NCBI GenBank assembly: GCA_951406725.2
Contig: OX597818.1
Coordinates: 48,794,001 to 48,858,000 of the forward strand
Reading direction: 5' to 3'
DNA length: 64,000 nucleotides
DNA from: Octopus vulgaris
Taxonomy: Eukaryota
The notes beneath the pieces were generated by a model. That model made no database searches. It was given only the letters and a program-made list of their open reading frames with translations, and had not been told where the DNA came from. Below, one piece after another: positions 1 through 13,240 of this stretch (its first letter is position 1; every line of letters begins with the position of its first letter). Both the position numbers and the translations under genes were made by a program.

Positions 1-92
1 TAAATGATAGTAGTATTCTGTAGATTTGGTAGAAATAACGTATTTAATAACAGTTGGACTCTACATCAAAGTTTCGTGGACGTAAGGCAAAA

Positions 93-94
93 TG

Positions 95-130
<36 letters not shown>

Positions 131-398
131 TATACACACACACATATATATACACACACACACACATATATACATACATACACACACACACATATATACA
201 TACACACACACATATATATACATACACACACACATATATACATACATACACACACACATATATACATACATACACACACACACATATATACATACATACA
301 CACACACATATATACATACATACACACACACATATACTTACATACACACACACATATATACTTATATATACATGCATACACACACATATATATGCATG

Positions 399-440
<42 letters not shown>

Positions 441-462
441 CATGCATACACACACATATATC
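93..462. repeat. Compound (TA)n/(CA)n/TACA microsatellite
   Basis: Visible directly; source of the spurious HT/YI/CV ORFs. Confidence 0.95.
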
Positions 463-3400
463 CACTCATATATGGTTCAACACTAGAACAATTGGTTATG
501 TTTTATTACAGAAAAAATCATGACTTTATGAAAAATAAGCACATCTTATATATTGTAAATTAAGAAAATCTGTGAAGATATATTTTCGAGGTCTTATGAT
601 ATTTAGCAGTAATACAATACATGGTTGGTTCGCTTCCAATATAAACTTTCACTTTTAATATCTGCGCAGAAATAATGTTTTAAAATGTAAATACATATTA
701 AGTGTTTAGTGCTAGATTCTTGTTACTAAAATAAATTAAGGAAGTTAAATTATTTTTTTTGCTTTTACGTAAATTTGAATTTTCATCAATGGACGTAATT
801 AGGTGAATCAAGATGATTTGAGATGATGACTACATCAGGTACAAAGAAATATCTAAAGATATATAGTTGCAGTGCTAAGTTGTATAACCGAATGTAAGTG
901 CCAGCTTTCAAAGCAAATATTAAATTCGAAATCGGAACTTTTTAATAATGTTTCCGTGTAATTGTTGTTTCAATAATTTTTCCAAGATGTGAACTCGGAT
1001 CACAAACAGGTGTTTTTTCTCTGTTGATCAAATAAGATCTTGGAAGCTAGGATAACCATAACAATAAATGATGGATGGGACGCATTCGTTCACTCATCCA
1101 TTCTCTCTCTCTGACACACTTACGCGCACACACACACTGTTATTTAGCTGAGAATAAGATCTATAAGCATCAGTAATTGCACTAGTATCACCTTCATCGG
1201 AATGCGTTTGATTTAGAAGTAGGTTGATGTAAAGGAAAAGCGAAAAAGGTTTGGGAGGGGATAGCCAAAATCCGATCACACCATTAATGATGTTCACTGA
1301 ATAGAGTAGGAGAGACATAGTAATAGAAAAAGGGGCATGGAATTTGCGGGTGAGAAGGAGACAAAAATGTATTTAATTAAAGTTTTGGGACAAATAGTTT
1401 TTTTTTACAGTAATTAACAACCACCTAATTCCTTGCTCCGTTTCTTTCTCCAAAGTTCGCCGATCAGAAATTACACTTGTCTTGTGAGACAGGTGTAATA
1501 ATGAAAGTTTAGCACGTTCATTCTTACAGATGAATTGTGTGGAACCCATAGGCGTGCAGTTATATAGATGAAAGAATCGTCTGTGCTTGGACAATAACGG
1601 TGACCATAATAAATTAGAAGGTGGGTTGAGATGAAGATGATATACTACGGCTAGTTTACAGATATTAAAAGCGTTGTTGTTAAATTTCAGATTAACTCTG
1701 AACTGATCTATGGCTAAAGATTATTCCTGCTCTATCCAGCACGCAATTTTTACATTATATAATGCCCTTAGTATATTTGGGATGGTAGAGGTGCTAATTG
1801 AAAGTTAGGTGCTATTTCTATCAGCATCCATGTAGAAGCTCCTTAATTAAAAACTATTTTTGTTGGTTATGATTGAAGCAGAAGGTGGTTTCAAGCCAGT
1901 AGTGGATACACATGTTGAAATTATCGGTAAATGACGTGGATAACCTTTGTGTCAAGTTCATATTTGCGCAAATGTGGTGTGGGGTACATCGTGTCAAATG
2001 TATGAGCAGCCGTCTAGTTTAAATTATACTTGTAACTTATATAATAACATCACTAACTATTTCAGTATTTCCTGATCCTGTTAAGCAAACCAAGTTTTTG
2101 TTTGCAATGTGGAAAACTGAAAGACGTTTACATTATGTAAGAGGAAGAACGGTTTTAGCAAGGAGTTATTTATAAGTAATTATTGTAGTATTGTTGATAT
2201 TTTCTTGAATTCTGTATTTTGCTAGCGTTGTCAAGACTCTCAATCACTACGAGGATGTTTTCAGTGATGTTATATCGATACAGAAAAGGAGTGAAGCGAT
2301 AGAAATCATGTTAGCTCAAAAGTGCTCAACTTGTCATACAAGTTTAGATTCATTTTAAGTAGATGATATTGTTTTTTTGTTTTTTATGGTATATTCAGTT
2401 ACTTTGGTTACTGACCTCGTTTTATGTGCACATAATGTACAAATAACACACTTTCTTTTTCAACAGAAAGAAAATTGATTTATTATTAAAATCCATCTAC
2501 ATTATCTTTCACCAGCTTCACAGCTAAAAACCAATAAGTTTTCCTAAGTAGCGAAACATCTGATCAGTTGATGTCCTTTCTTCTTGAGCTGCTTGTCCTG
2601 TCGCTAAACAGAGCACGTGATACAATTAAACTGTTGGTTGTCTCCTTTCAGTTTGGGCTCTTCCTACACTTCTCCAACATAACCATTTCTTTGACACTGT
2701 TGACTTTTGACAAACCCTATAGAAATAACTTAACTATCAATGTGATCACTATTACTTTTTTTTTGTTTTTACCAGAACTTGTTTTTCCTAACTTGAGACT
2801 TATTCATTACCTCTTGCCTTGAATTTGTTTTGAGCCCAGTAATTTTCATTCAAATACCACCCACTCAGTTGAGAAGGCTTTTTCCTTTTCCTTTCTTCCT
2901 TTTATTTGGCAAATTACTTAGCTACTTCACTAATACTGGTGTCATGAAAAAGGCACTGAATACATACTGTAATGTGGTTGATGTTAGGAAGAGCGTCCAG
3001 CTGACATTGGAACCCGATGATGATGTTAATGTCAAGGACTGGGATAAAGAGAGGGCTTAGAATCACCATCTTGAACTCCTCTTTGAACCCATGGTCACAA
3101 TTGACGCTGCTTTTAGTTTCTCTACATAACATCAAGATTTGTTACAAGCTGTTAATTAATGTGTAGCTATTTCCTTAACCTCCTTACACATCATGATAAG
3201 AGATGTTGGCCTCATATCAAAAGTCTTTTCTAGGTCAGCAGATGTAAGTTAGGACTGGTGATTCTGTATCAGCCTATCATGTAATGCTTGGCTCACATGA
3301 AATACACCATGTGATTTCTACATTCTGGCAGTATTCATCTCAATGGTACACCTAACAAAAAAAATTACCTTGAATTTTTTTTTTGGTAGTATGGCCCTCT

Positions 3401-3544
3401 TGAATAATGAGCCCTGCCTCATGCAGCCCACTTCTTGAAAAGCATTACTCATGCCTGCTCTAAGTGGTTACTTGACTGGCAACAAAATCTCTCATAGTAG
3501 ATTGTCTTAAAAAAGGAAGATCACAAGATGTAGTTTTAGATGCA

Positions 3545-3866
3545 TACCTGTGCCGGTGGCACGTAAAAAGCACCATTCGAACGTGGCCAATGCCAGCGCT
3601 GCCTTGACTGGCTTCTGTGCCGGTGGCACGTAAAAAGCACCAACCGATCGTGGCCGCTGGCAGCCTCCCCTGGCACCTGTGCCGGTGGCATGTAAAAAGC
3701 ACCCGCTACACTCATGGAGCAGTTGGCGTTAGGAAGGGCATCCAGCTGTAGAAACACTGCCAGATCAGACTGGAGTCTGGTGCAGCCTCTTGGCTTCCCA
3801 GACACCGGTCGAACCGTCCAACCCGTGCTAGCACGGAAAACAGACATTAAATGATGATGATGATGA
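3545..3866 (+). mobile_element. SINE family A (3' part, (ATG)n tail)
   Basis: Recurrent motif ttggcgttaggaagggcatccagctgtagaaac...catgctagcatggaaa..acgttaaa(tga)n with internal gtgccggtggcacgtaaaaagcacc repeats; more than 12 copies in the window. Confidence 0.8.
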
Positions 3867-5031
3867 CACTTAAATAGGTATACTACACTCAAAATAGAAG
3901 ACTAGACAGTCGTAGCTGGAATGACATTGATCTTTGATCTGCTCTGTTTGTGTTAACCTTAAACCAGACAAGATTATCTATAAATTCCATCCTACATTAT
4001 TTTGTATATTAGCTTGAAACTTTTATGATTTCTCTTATCTTAGTTTCTACTTCTCAACCATTGAGTGGTATAATATCAGTTATTTTGTCTTGACTTCACT
4101 AAGGATAAACCCTTGAAGGATTTAGCCGAAAAAAAAATCAACCTCAGTGATTTTTTGGTCCACTGGTCTCTTTCGCCAAACCACTAAGTTACAGGAATGT
4201 AAATGAACCAATTCTGGTTGTCAAGTGGTGGGATGGACAAACACAAATATACACACACTCACATACATACACGTGCAACAAGCTTCAGCACAGTTTCCAT
4301 ATACCAAATTTACTCACAAGGCATTGGTCAGTCTGGGGCTATAGTAAAAGGTACTTTGCTCCAGGTGCCACACGATGTGTTTGAACCTAAAACCACATTG
4401 TTGCAAAGTGAACTTCTTAACCACATTTTCTTTTAATAATTAAGTCAGAAAAGAAATAGCAGTACCCACTTTCTGTTTCAAGGCCTCTATGGCTTGTAGG
4501 AGGACATTATTCTTAGTAGTTGAATGCCTGCAACAGAGGCACCTCAGGACCAGCTAGGGCAGTGGATTAGGGTTAGTACTAATGAATAATGAATCTATTT
4601 AATAAGCTACCACACGGGGTTATAATCAATTACGGTCAGTAATAGTAATTAGTCAGGATTTATTGAATTAGGTTAAACCTTTTATTCTTATTAAGGATAT
4701 TCTTTAGACCTTTTGCTACCATATTTCTGCTAAAATTTACACCCTTTTTATTTCAATTAATTTTTTTTTTAATACTGAAAACTAACTTTGTCATTATTAA
4801 GCTGGTGTATGGAAAATGAAATTTTGATGGGAAAATTTTAATGTAGATCTCTTTAAAAGAATGAATTTGTACTATAGGACCAAGGGTAATCTCCAACCAG
4901 TTGGTATAAAAAAAGTGAAGAATTGCTGTACACACACAAAAAAAAAATTATACAGTTCTATATTTAAGAGATGAGGAATTATGTACATTATTTACATTTG
5001 ACGGATACTTGTCCTTATCTTGTTTGTTATT

Positions 5032-5077
5032 AACACAACATTTCGGCTGATATACCCTCCAGCCTTCATCAGGTGTC
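5032..5077 (-). ncRNA. Minimal type I hammerhead ribozyme motif
   Basis: Minus strand gacac CTGATGA a ggctg gagggtatat cagcc GAAA tgt t gtgtt; stem I gacac/gtgtt, stem II ggctg/cagcc. Confidence 0.7.
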
Positions 5078-5345
5078 TTGGGGAAATTTAAAACCTGGAG
5101 TCTCATCCTAAGGTATCATTATTATTATTATTATTCAGGTCACTGCCTGGAATCGAACTCGGAATCTTGGGGTTAGTAGCCCGCGCTCTTAACCACTACG
5201 CCACGGGCTTATGGCGTAGTGGTTAAGAGCACGGGCTACTAATCCCAAGATTCTGAGTTTGATTCCAGGCAGTGACCTGAATAATAATAGTAATAACATC
5301 GAAAAATACCTTAGGAATGAGAACCCAGGTTTGAAATTTTCCCAA

Positions 5346-5391
5346 GACACCTGAAGAAGGCTGAGGGGTATATCAGCCGAAACATTGTGTT
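5346..5391 (+). ncRNA. Minimal type I hammerhead ribozyme motif
   Basis: gacac CTGAAGA a ggctg aggggtatat cagcc GAAA cat t gtgtt. Confidence 0.65.
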
Positions 5392-5832
5392 AACAACAAA
5401 CAAGATGAGGACAAATATCCGTCAGATGTAAATAATGAAGAATGATTTTGTTAAGTTTTATATGACATAAACCTTTTGTAACTATTTTAGTTTCACACAC
5501 ACACACACACACACACATGTGCACACGTGTCATTTATCATTAACTTGTTTCAGTCATTGGACTACAGCCATGCTGAGGCACTGCCTTGAGGAGTTTTAGT
5601 CAAACAAATTAACTTCAGTGCTTATTTTAAGTGACCTGAATAATAATAATAATAAAAATACCTTAGGATGAGACTCCAGGTTTGAATTTTCCCCAAGTCA
5701 CCTAATGAAGGCTGGAGGGTATATCAGCCGAAATGTTGTGTTAACAAACAAGTATCCGTCAAATGTAAATAATGTAAAAAAAAAATTATAAAAGCAAAAC
5801 TGATTTATAATCATTTTTATGTTCTGTTACAG

Positions 5833-6033
5833 GTATCCGTTTTAGTATGGATGTCAACCTGGATGAGGTAAAAGCTTTGGCTGCTCTTATGACCTACAAA
5901 TGTGCATGTGTTGATGTGCCATTTGGTGGTGCAAAAGCTGGTGTTCGCATTGATCCAAGTAAATACAGTGAAAATGAACTTGAAAAAATCACTCGTAGAT
6001 TGGCTGTAGAATTGTCTAAAAAAGGTTTCATAG
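5833..6033 (+). CDS. GLUD1: Glutamate dehydrogenase (mitochondrial, animal type), first exon in window (gene is 5'-partial)
   Basis: ttacag acceptor; (G)[68 protein letters not shown] contains the catalytic Lys motif PFGGAK; donor G|gtaagt. Confidence 0.96.
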
Positions 6034-6134
6034 GTAAGTAAAATGATGGATAATTAAATTTCATTAAAATCTAAACTGTACAAATGTTGTTTCATTGCAA
6101 AGCAGCCTTGATGAAGGATGTCCTACACATTTAG

Positions 6135-6451
6135 TTTATTTATTTATGCACCCTTTTCAAGCCTAGCCAGGCTCTTGGGCCCAGTTTCCCGGTTTCTGTG
6201 ATGTATGTGTTCCCTGCCAGCTGGACAGGATGCCAGTCCATTGCAGCATTACTCAAGAAACAAGAAGAAAGAGTGAGAAAAAGTTGGGGCAAAAGAGTAC
6301 AACAGGGATCGCCACCACCCCCTGCCGGAGCCTCGAGGAGCTTTAGGTGTTTTTGCTCAATAAACACACACAACGTCCAGTCCGGGAATCGAAACCGCGA
6401 TCCTCAGACCGCGAGTCTGCTGCCCTAACCACTGGGCCATTGCGCCTCCAC
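6135..6451 (-). mobile_element. tRNA(Arg)-derived SINE (family D)
   Basis: Minus-strand head gtggaggcgcaatggcccagtggttagggcagcagactcgcgg..ggtttcgattcc (A/B boxes, TCG loop); relatives at 7510-7813 and 47640-48023. Confidence 0.75.
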
Positions 6452-7509
6452 GTCCTAGACATTACCATCCCATATTTTCTTTCTTTAGATCATGTACCTT
6501 GATTGCATATGTAATATCATTTTCAAGATGGAAGGGCAATACTTTCCAGCCTTTGAAAGATTGTGATAAATTTTGTGATATTATTCTGTTTCATTAAAAT
6601 ATGAGACAACATGCAATAGCTTTGAATTTTTTTTTTTTTTTTTTTTGTCATTGGACTGCAAGCATGTTGTCTGAAGAGTTTTAGTTGATCAATTTGGACT
6701 AAGAACTTAAAGTGTGGCATTCATTTTCTCTGTTTCTCCCTCTTTGTTTTTCTTTGTTGAACCACTAAATAACAGGGATGTAAACAAATCCAAACTAGGT
6801 TTGTCAAGTGGTGAGACACATACACACACACACACACACACATACACATGCATGCAAGCAACTACCTGTGTCTGTACCTATGAATTTACCTTCTTAAAAT
6901 TAAACAACATATAACCATTAGATAGAATATGTTTGAACTCTCATGCAAGAACAGTTGTGCATGGTGAAAATAGGTCATTAATATTTAAATTTTAATATGT
7001 AAATGCGAAAAATCGTTTAAAATATTCTGACTTCGGACAGTTTTACAACGAACAAGTTGAAAAGCACTGTGGTAGGATATGGTTTGAGGGAGATTTAGCT
7101 ACTATTTATAGCAAGTGGAATGGCCAGGTAGAGTTTTTTTTTTGTGGTGATCACTAACTATTATTTTTGTTGTTGCTGCTCCAGACATGGATTTTAATGG
7201 ATTCTCTTTTATTTAATTGTGGCTCCTCTAATTGATAATAGAGAGATAATGAATCATTAATGTATTAGTTTATTGCTTCATACAATATAGGTTGAAAGCC
7301 TCTTCTCTAACTTGCTGGGGGGTAAAAAAAAATTTCCTTTTCTAGTTCATGTATATGATGAACAGCTAGTTATGAAATCTGATTCGTTTAAATATGATTT
7401 TAAGACAAATCAGGAAAAAGGATGTAAAATTTAATAAAACTCACAAGGAAATTTTGATTTTATTGACCAGAATAATATATTTTCTTTTAATTTGATATTC
7501 AATATCTTC

Positions 7510-7813
7510 TGTTGTTGTTGTTTGTTCCTTGTTGAGCCATGCCTGGCTCATAAGGGCCAGCTCCCCTGTTTCAATGGTGTATAGGTTCCCCACTTGGACA
7601 GGACACTGGGCTGTCACAGGTGAGCTGCTAGATGCCGGAGGAAAGAGTGAGAGAAAGTTGTAGCGAAAGAGTCAGCAGAAGTTTGCCATTACCTTCTGCC
7701 GGAGCCGCATGAAGCTTAGGTGTTTTGCTCATAAACACACACGTCATCCGGTCTGAGATTTGAACCCATGACCATGAGTCTGCTGCTCTAACCACTAGGC
7801 CATATGCCTCCAC
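7510..7813 (-). mobile_element. tRNA-derived SINE (family D relative)
   Basis: Similar head and ggcagaaggt/ctttctctcactctttc body; (caa)n-like tail. Confidence 0.7.
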
Positions 7814-9150
7814 TTAATATCTTATACCTCTCTTATATAACTAGTCATCATTTTGTTTCACTTGACAGCTATTCAGCCAGTTAGTCTGTTTAGTCTGCAA
7901 ATTTGATATGATTGAATAATTATGATTAGATTTTAAAGACTTTTAGTGTTGAGTATCCTCTTCAGTTTCTGTTGTTATAATGTACTCTAATATATTAATA
8001 TATAAGTTTTAATATAAATTAGCAAACTAAAGATCAACTTTAAATTCTGAATGAAAGCATCTTATCATTTATAAATCTAAAGTGTTCTCCAAAAGATATG
8101 AAAGGTCATGACAATACCGTGTAGTTTCTAAATTACTTTCACATTGTATAAAGTTCAATAATTTTTTGTCATTCATCATCATCATCATTTAACATCCACC
8201 TTCCATGCTGGCATAGGTGGGGCGGTTTGAGAGCTAGCCAGCCAGGCAGAAGCCTGCACCAGACTTCTGTGACTGTTTTTGTAGGATTTTTACAGCTGGA
8301 TGCCCTTCCTAACACCAGCCACTCAGCAGAGTGAAAACAAGTTGACAGAATTGTTATCACATTGAACAAAATGTTTAGGGATATTTCTTACAGCGTTTTA
8401 TGTTCTGAGCTCAAATCCTGCTGAGGTCAACTTTGCCTTTGATTTTTTCAGTAAAATAAAGTACCAGTCAAGTCCTGGGGTCGATGTAATCTACTGCCTC
8501 TCCCACCCCTCACAAAATTGCTGGCATTGTTTCAAAATAGAATGGATTGTTTAATATAGGTCTTATACCATTGTCAATATTTTGATCGAATTCTAATGGT
8601 TGGCATTAGGAAGGGCATCTAGCCCTTGAAACCATGCCAGAACAGGCATGGAGCCTGGGCAGATTTTCGGCTGACCAGCTCCTGTCAAACTGTCCAACAC
8701 ATGCCTGCATGAAAAACAGACATTAAATGATGGTGATGTTTACAACTAGATGAAGAAGCACATAACCTTAGCTATATTGGCGTATTGGCACTAAACATAA
8801 AAATAATGAGTCAAAACTATATTATAGTTTTATGCTTGCATGGGTTAGAGGTCCGTATCTCACTCATAAGTTTATTGTTACTTTGTTTAATACAGCTGGA
8901 GGCCCTTCCTAACACCAACTCTTTACAGAGTGTACTAAGTGCATTTTTTTCATGGCTACCAACTTTAGGGACATTGTCATCTCTTCAACAAAATTTAAGG
9001 GGACTGTTTGATCCCATACTTAAAAGTTCACTGGGTGCATTTTACAGTGACATCAGTATCAGAAAGTGATGGATAGTAAAAGCTGGATGAATGGAATTGA
9101 ATATGTGGTCTCCCTCTTTGTTTTTTTTAATTACTTCTTAATGACTAAAT

Positions 9151-9620
9151 CATCATCATCATCGTTTAACGTCCGCTTTCCATGCTAGCATGGGTTGGAC
9201 AATTTGACTGAGGACTGGCGAACCAGATGGCTGTACCAGACTCCAATCTGATCTGGCAGAGTTTCTACAGCTGGATGCCCTTCTTAACACCAACCACTCC
9301 AAGAGTTTAGTGGGTGCTTTTACGTGTCACCAGCACGAGGGCCAGTCAGGCGGTACTGGCAATGGCTATGCTCAGATGGTGTTGTTTACGTGCCACCTTG
9401 CACAGGAGCCAGTCCAGCGGAAATGGCAATGACCTCGCTCGAATGTTTTTTCACGTGCCACCAGCACAAGTGCCAGTAAGATGATGCTGGTATCAATCAC
9501 GATCAAATGGTGCTTTTTATGTGCCACCGGCACGGAAGCCAGTTAGCTGCTCTGGCAACGATCACACTCGGATGGTGCTCTTAGCACTCCACTAACACGG
9601 ATGCCAGTCATCGAATTTGT
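9151..9620 (-). mobile_element. SINE family A
   Basis: (cat)n then cgtttaacgtccgctttccatgctagcatggg... Confidence 0.8.
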
Positions 9621-10420
9621 CTCGTATGTTCCTTTATATTAAATCCTTCAACCAAATTATTTTGAATTGATCATTCATTATCTTGTAGCTTTGAGATTTT
9701 GATGTTGTAATTGTTTGTTTTTAGAATGACATTGTAAGGTAAGTATGAGAAGTTGGATCTGATCAGCTTGAACATAAAAATAGATACAATATTTGGGCTG
9801 GATATGGCCAGTTTTAAATGTCAAAGAGATAAACTCACAAGTATGGTGATAAATTCATATGGACTTGTTTATCAATTTGAATTATCACATGACAGTAAAT
9901 ATACATTTTAAAGTCTAGCTTTCTCCTTGACCAGAAAATACTTCAGCTTTAATCACCTGCTGACTCTCAGCAAAACTGGAGTGGGACCTGTCTGCCTCTC
10001 TACGTATGCAAACATGTTAGACTGGATCCAAAAGTGGCCATACCACTGATTGGTAAAGATTCACTCCATAATTCCCTATCTGGCCTATTTGTTTTCACCT
10101 TGCTTATTCTATCCCTACTATGCTGAAGTAGTGGAAGTGCATGGCTCAATGGTTAGTGTTGGAGTCATGGTAATAAGTTTGTGATTTTGATTCCTGGACC
10201 AGGCTATGCATTGTTCTTGAGCAAAACACTTCATTTCATGTTACTCCAGTCTGTTCAAATGGAGAAATACTGTATTTTAACATATATAAGGAACCCTTTT
10301 TTGTCAAAAATTAGACTAAAAAATATGGGGGTTTCTTATACATAGATAGTATTATAACCCCTTACAAAACCTTTTGTCCAAATTTTAAGCCCCCAAAATT
10401 AGGGGATTCCTTATACACAT

Positions 10421-10760
10421 TGTGAAGGCATATGGCTCAGTGGTTAGAGCATCGAGCTTACGATCATGAGGTTGTGAGTTCGAATCCTGGACCAGGCTGC
10501 GTGTTGTGTTCTTGAGCAAGACACTTTATTTCATGTTGCTTTAGTTCACTCAGCTGTAGAAATGAGTTGCGATGTCCCTGGTGCCAAGCTGTATCGGCCG
10601 TTGCCTTTCCCTTGGATAACATTGGTGGCGTGGAGAGGGGAGGCCGGTATGTATGGGCGACTGCTGGGCTTCCATAAAAACAACCTTGCCTGGAATTGTG
10701 CCTGGGAGGGTAACTTTCTATGTGCAACCCCACGCTCAGTCATGACTGAAGGGGGTCTCA
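10421..10760 (+). mobile_element. tRNA-derived SINE
   Basis: tgtgaaggcatatggctcagtggttagagc..ttacgat..gagttcgaatcctgg (A and B boxes); degenerate relatives at 10131-10265 and 50845-51140. Confidence 0.75.
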
Positions 10761-11471
10761 GCATATACACATTAAAATATGGTATATACACCAGAGAAAC
10801 CAGAAGCTAGTCCTGTACTCCTTAGGGCGTAATGTGAACTAACCATGCTGAACTAGCTAAATGCAGACCACCTCCATCAGTGCATCTGTTTCTTTTCCTT
10901 TCAATGCCTTCAGTGTCTCATTGAAGCTTCAGACTATCTGTAATACTTAAAGTTTCCTCTCTGTCAATTCACTGGAATTTATTTCTTGCAAATATTGATT
11001 CCTCCGGTTAACAACTGAATATCAACTGTGCTCCGTCTCACCAATCTCAATTATAAATGAGCAAATTTTAGTGCCTTGTCACGTATCTCTGTCATTATAA
11101 TGTTACAAAAAAAATTTGCTTTTATCTGATGTCCTGGTTAATGATAAAACTGGTATGTAATACTTGAAACTAATATATGTATGACATAGGAAATTTGAAC
11201 TCTGTTATAAAATCTTTATAAATTAATGTTAATCTTAGATTTTTGTTTTAAGTTCTGTTTTCCCTATTTTTTATTTTTTTAGTGTCATTTTGTTCTGATA
11301 TTAATTTCAAAGTATGTAAGTGTATGTGTGTGAGTGCGCATCATGAGAAAAATTCATTGAAATATATAAAGAACCACATGTTTTAATTGCTAAACAGGTT
11401 TTGATAATATTCTGAGGTTTGTGATTTTCTGTTTGTGACATATTTTAAGTTGGTTTTTATTTTCTTCACAG

Positions 11472-11558
11472 GTCCTGGTATTGATGTACCAGCTCCAGAC
11501 ATGGGAACTGGTGAGAGAGAGATGAGTTGGATTGCTGATACTTTTGCACAGACATTAG
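11472..11558 (+). CDS. GLUD1: Glutamate dehydrogenase exon
   Basis: ttcacag|GT; [29 protein letters not shown]; G|gtaaag; phase matches neighbours. Confidence 0.96.
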
Positions 11559-11785
11559 GTAAAGTTTTAGCAAATTACTGTCATTTTCTCTTTCACTTTG
11601 CTCTTCTCAAGTGTCAGTATTATTACAATTGGTTGGATTTATTGTCAAAATCTTACTATTACAATGATTTTATAAAGTCACTTAATATTTTCTGTTAAAA
11701 TGATATCAGTATAACTATTTTTAAAATGAGGCACAATGCATTGAAATGCTAAATAAATGACATTAATATTTATAAGGCAGAATTG

Positions 11786-12381
11786 GATCTTTACCTTTTG
11801 ACCTACAGATTTAAAAAATAATTTTTTGTAACTAAACACTTTCAAACTTCGGACACTGGTAGAATGTGTCATATAAAACATCTTTTACTCTTAGCATTTT
11901 TGAGAAAAACTTATATTTACGAAGTTATTTCATGTTAAAGTTGTCCTATTTCAATAATTTCAACCAATCAATGACGTGTATTTAGCTGAATAAAATTACT
12001 ACTGTTGTTTGTCAACAAGAACTTCCAGCGGTGTATATTTTGTTTGTCACTGTTATTTATTACAACCCTAAAACCTTAAAACCAGTACAAACACATGAAC
12101 GATATCATAAATAACAGTAACAAATGAAATATACACCACTGGAAGTTCTTGTTGACAAACCACGGCAGTAATTTTATTCAGCTGAATACACGTCATTGAT
12201 TGGTTGAAATTACCGAAACACGAGAACTTTAACCTGAACTAACTTCGTAAATATAATTTTTTCTCATAAATACTAAGAGTAAAACATGTTTTATATGACA
12301 CATTCTACCAGTGTCTGAAGTTTGAAAGTGTTTAGTTACAAAAAATTATTTTTTAAATCTGTATGTCAAAAGGTAAAGATC
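11786..12381. mobile_element. About 600-bp fold-back/MITE-like element with telomere-like centre
   Basis: About 275-bp inverted arms (gatctttaccttttgac...gtcaaaaggtaaagatc) around aaccctaaaaccttaaaacc; a related single arm lies at about 37170-37408. Confidence 0.8.
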
Positions 12382-12810
12382 TGCAAAATTATTTATAATG
12401 GCCATCTTTAGCAAGGCTAACTTACTAGTTGCTATTAACTTCCTGCTAGACAATATGAATTCCAAGCCAACCAAGTTTACAACACTTTTGAAACAGAGTA
12501 TGAAGTAATAATAGTCTTGTCTAGAAACACACTTTTTACAAATTATTGATGTCATAAATGTCAGTTGTTCCAAGCATTGTAATATTATATAATAGACAAG
12601 ATGAAAGGACCTTTATGTAGCTTATGCTGTTTTGTATTTTACCTTTTTTGATATTTTGATAGAGAGTAAAACTCAATGAAAGAGTATTATACTCTGCTGA
12701 GACACTAAAATCAGTCATTGCTGTAATTTTTATAAAATTTGGTCTAAATATAATATACTTCAGAAGACCTTTTAAATGTATGTCTATAATATAGAAAATT
12801 TGTGTTATAA

Positions 12811-13140
12811 TCATCATCATCATTTAACGTCCGCTTTCCATGCTAGCATGGGTTGGATGATTTGACTGAGGACTAGCAAACCAGATGGCTGTTCCAGGCT
12901 CCAATCTGATCTGGCAGAGTTTCTACAGCTGGATGCCCTTCCTAACGCCAACCACTCTGAGCGTGTGTAGTGGGTGCTTTTACGTGCCACTGGTACAAGG
13001 GCCAGTCTGGCAGTACTGGCAACGGCCACGTTCGAAATGGTGTTTTTTATGTGCCACCTGTACAGGAATCAGTCCAGCAGCATTGGCAATGACCTCGCTG
13101 AAATGTTTTTTCACATCTCAGTAAGCCGACGCTGGTGTTA
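12811..13140 (-). mobile_element. SINE family A
   Basis: Same consensus as 9151. Confidence 0.8.
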
Positions 13141-13240
13141 TAATAACTACCAATGAAAATTTCACTTATTTGTAAGCATATCTGTGCATAATAATTGATT
13201 TAATCTAACTGCATGTTTCGTTTTTTTTTTCTGTTGGTAG

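Larger units (their letters stand above)
4953..5775. mobile_element. Palindromic tRNA-headed, hammerhead-bearing element (copy 1, composite with extra arm and captured flank)
   Basis: Inverted arms about 4986-5203 / 5212-5437; third arm 5631-5775; 15-bp TSD aaaaaaaaaattata at 4938-4952 and 5776-5790. Confidence 0.85.

Noticed and set aside
4-563. Long ORFs rich in H/T/Y/I or C/V/Y/M (also 16484-17061 and 60685-61365)
   Set aside because: Translations of compound dinucleotide microsatellites; the 349-aa ORF at 16488 is a microsatellite fused in frame to a LINE RT fragment
3460-3892. Recurrent ORFs such as LQLDALPNANH / WCFLRATGT
   Set aside because: Chance translations of SINE family A copies, not a protein family
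5205-5277. tRNA gene in the centre of the palindrome (ACT anticodon-like loop)
   Set aside because: A/B boxes and an anticodon-like arm are present, but there is no complete acceptor stem and it is embedded in a repeat; treated as a tRNA-derived head
500-5800. Upstream GDH exons (transit peptide, RAQHS..P.KG region)
   Set aside because: No matching coding sequence found by eye; presumably upstream of the window
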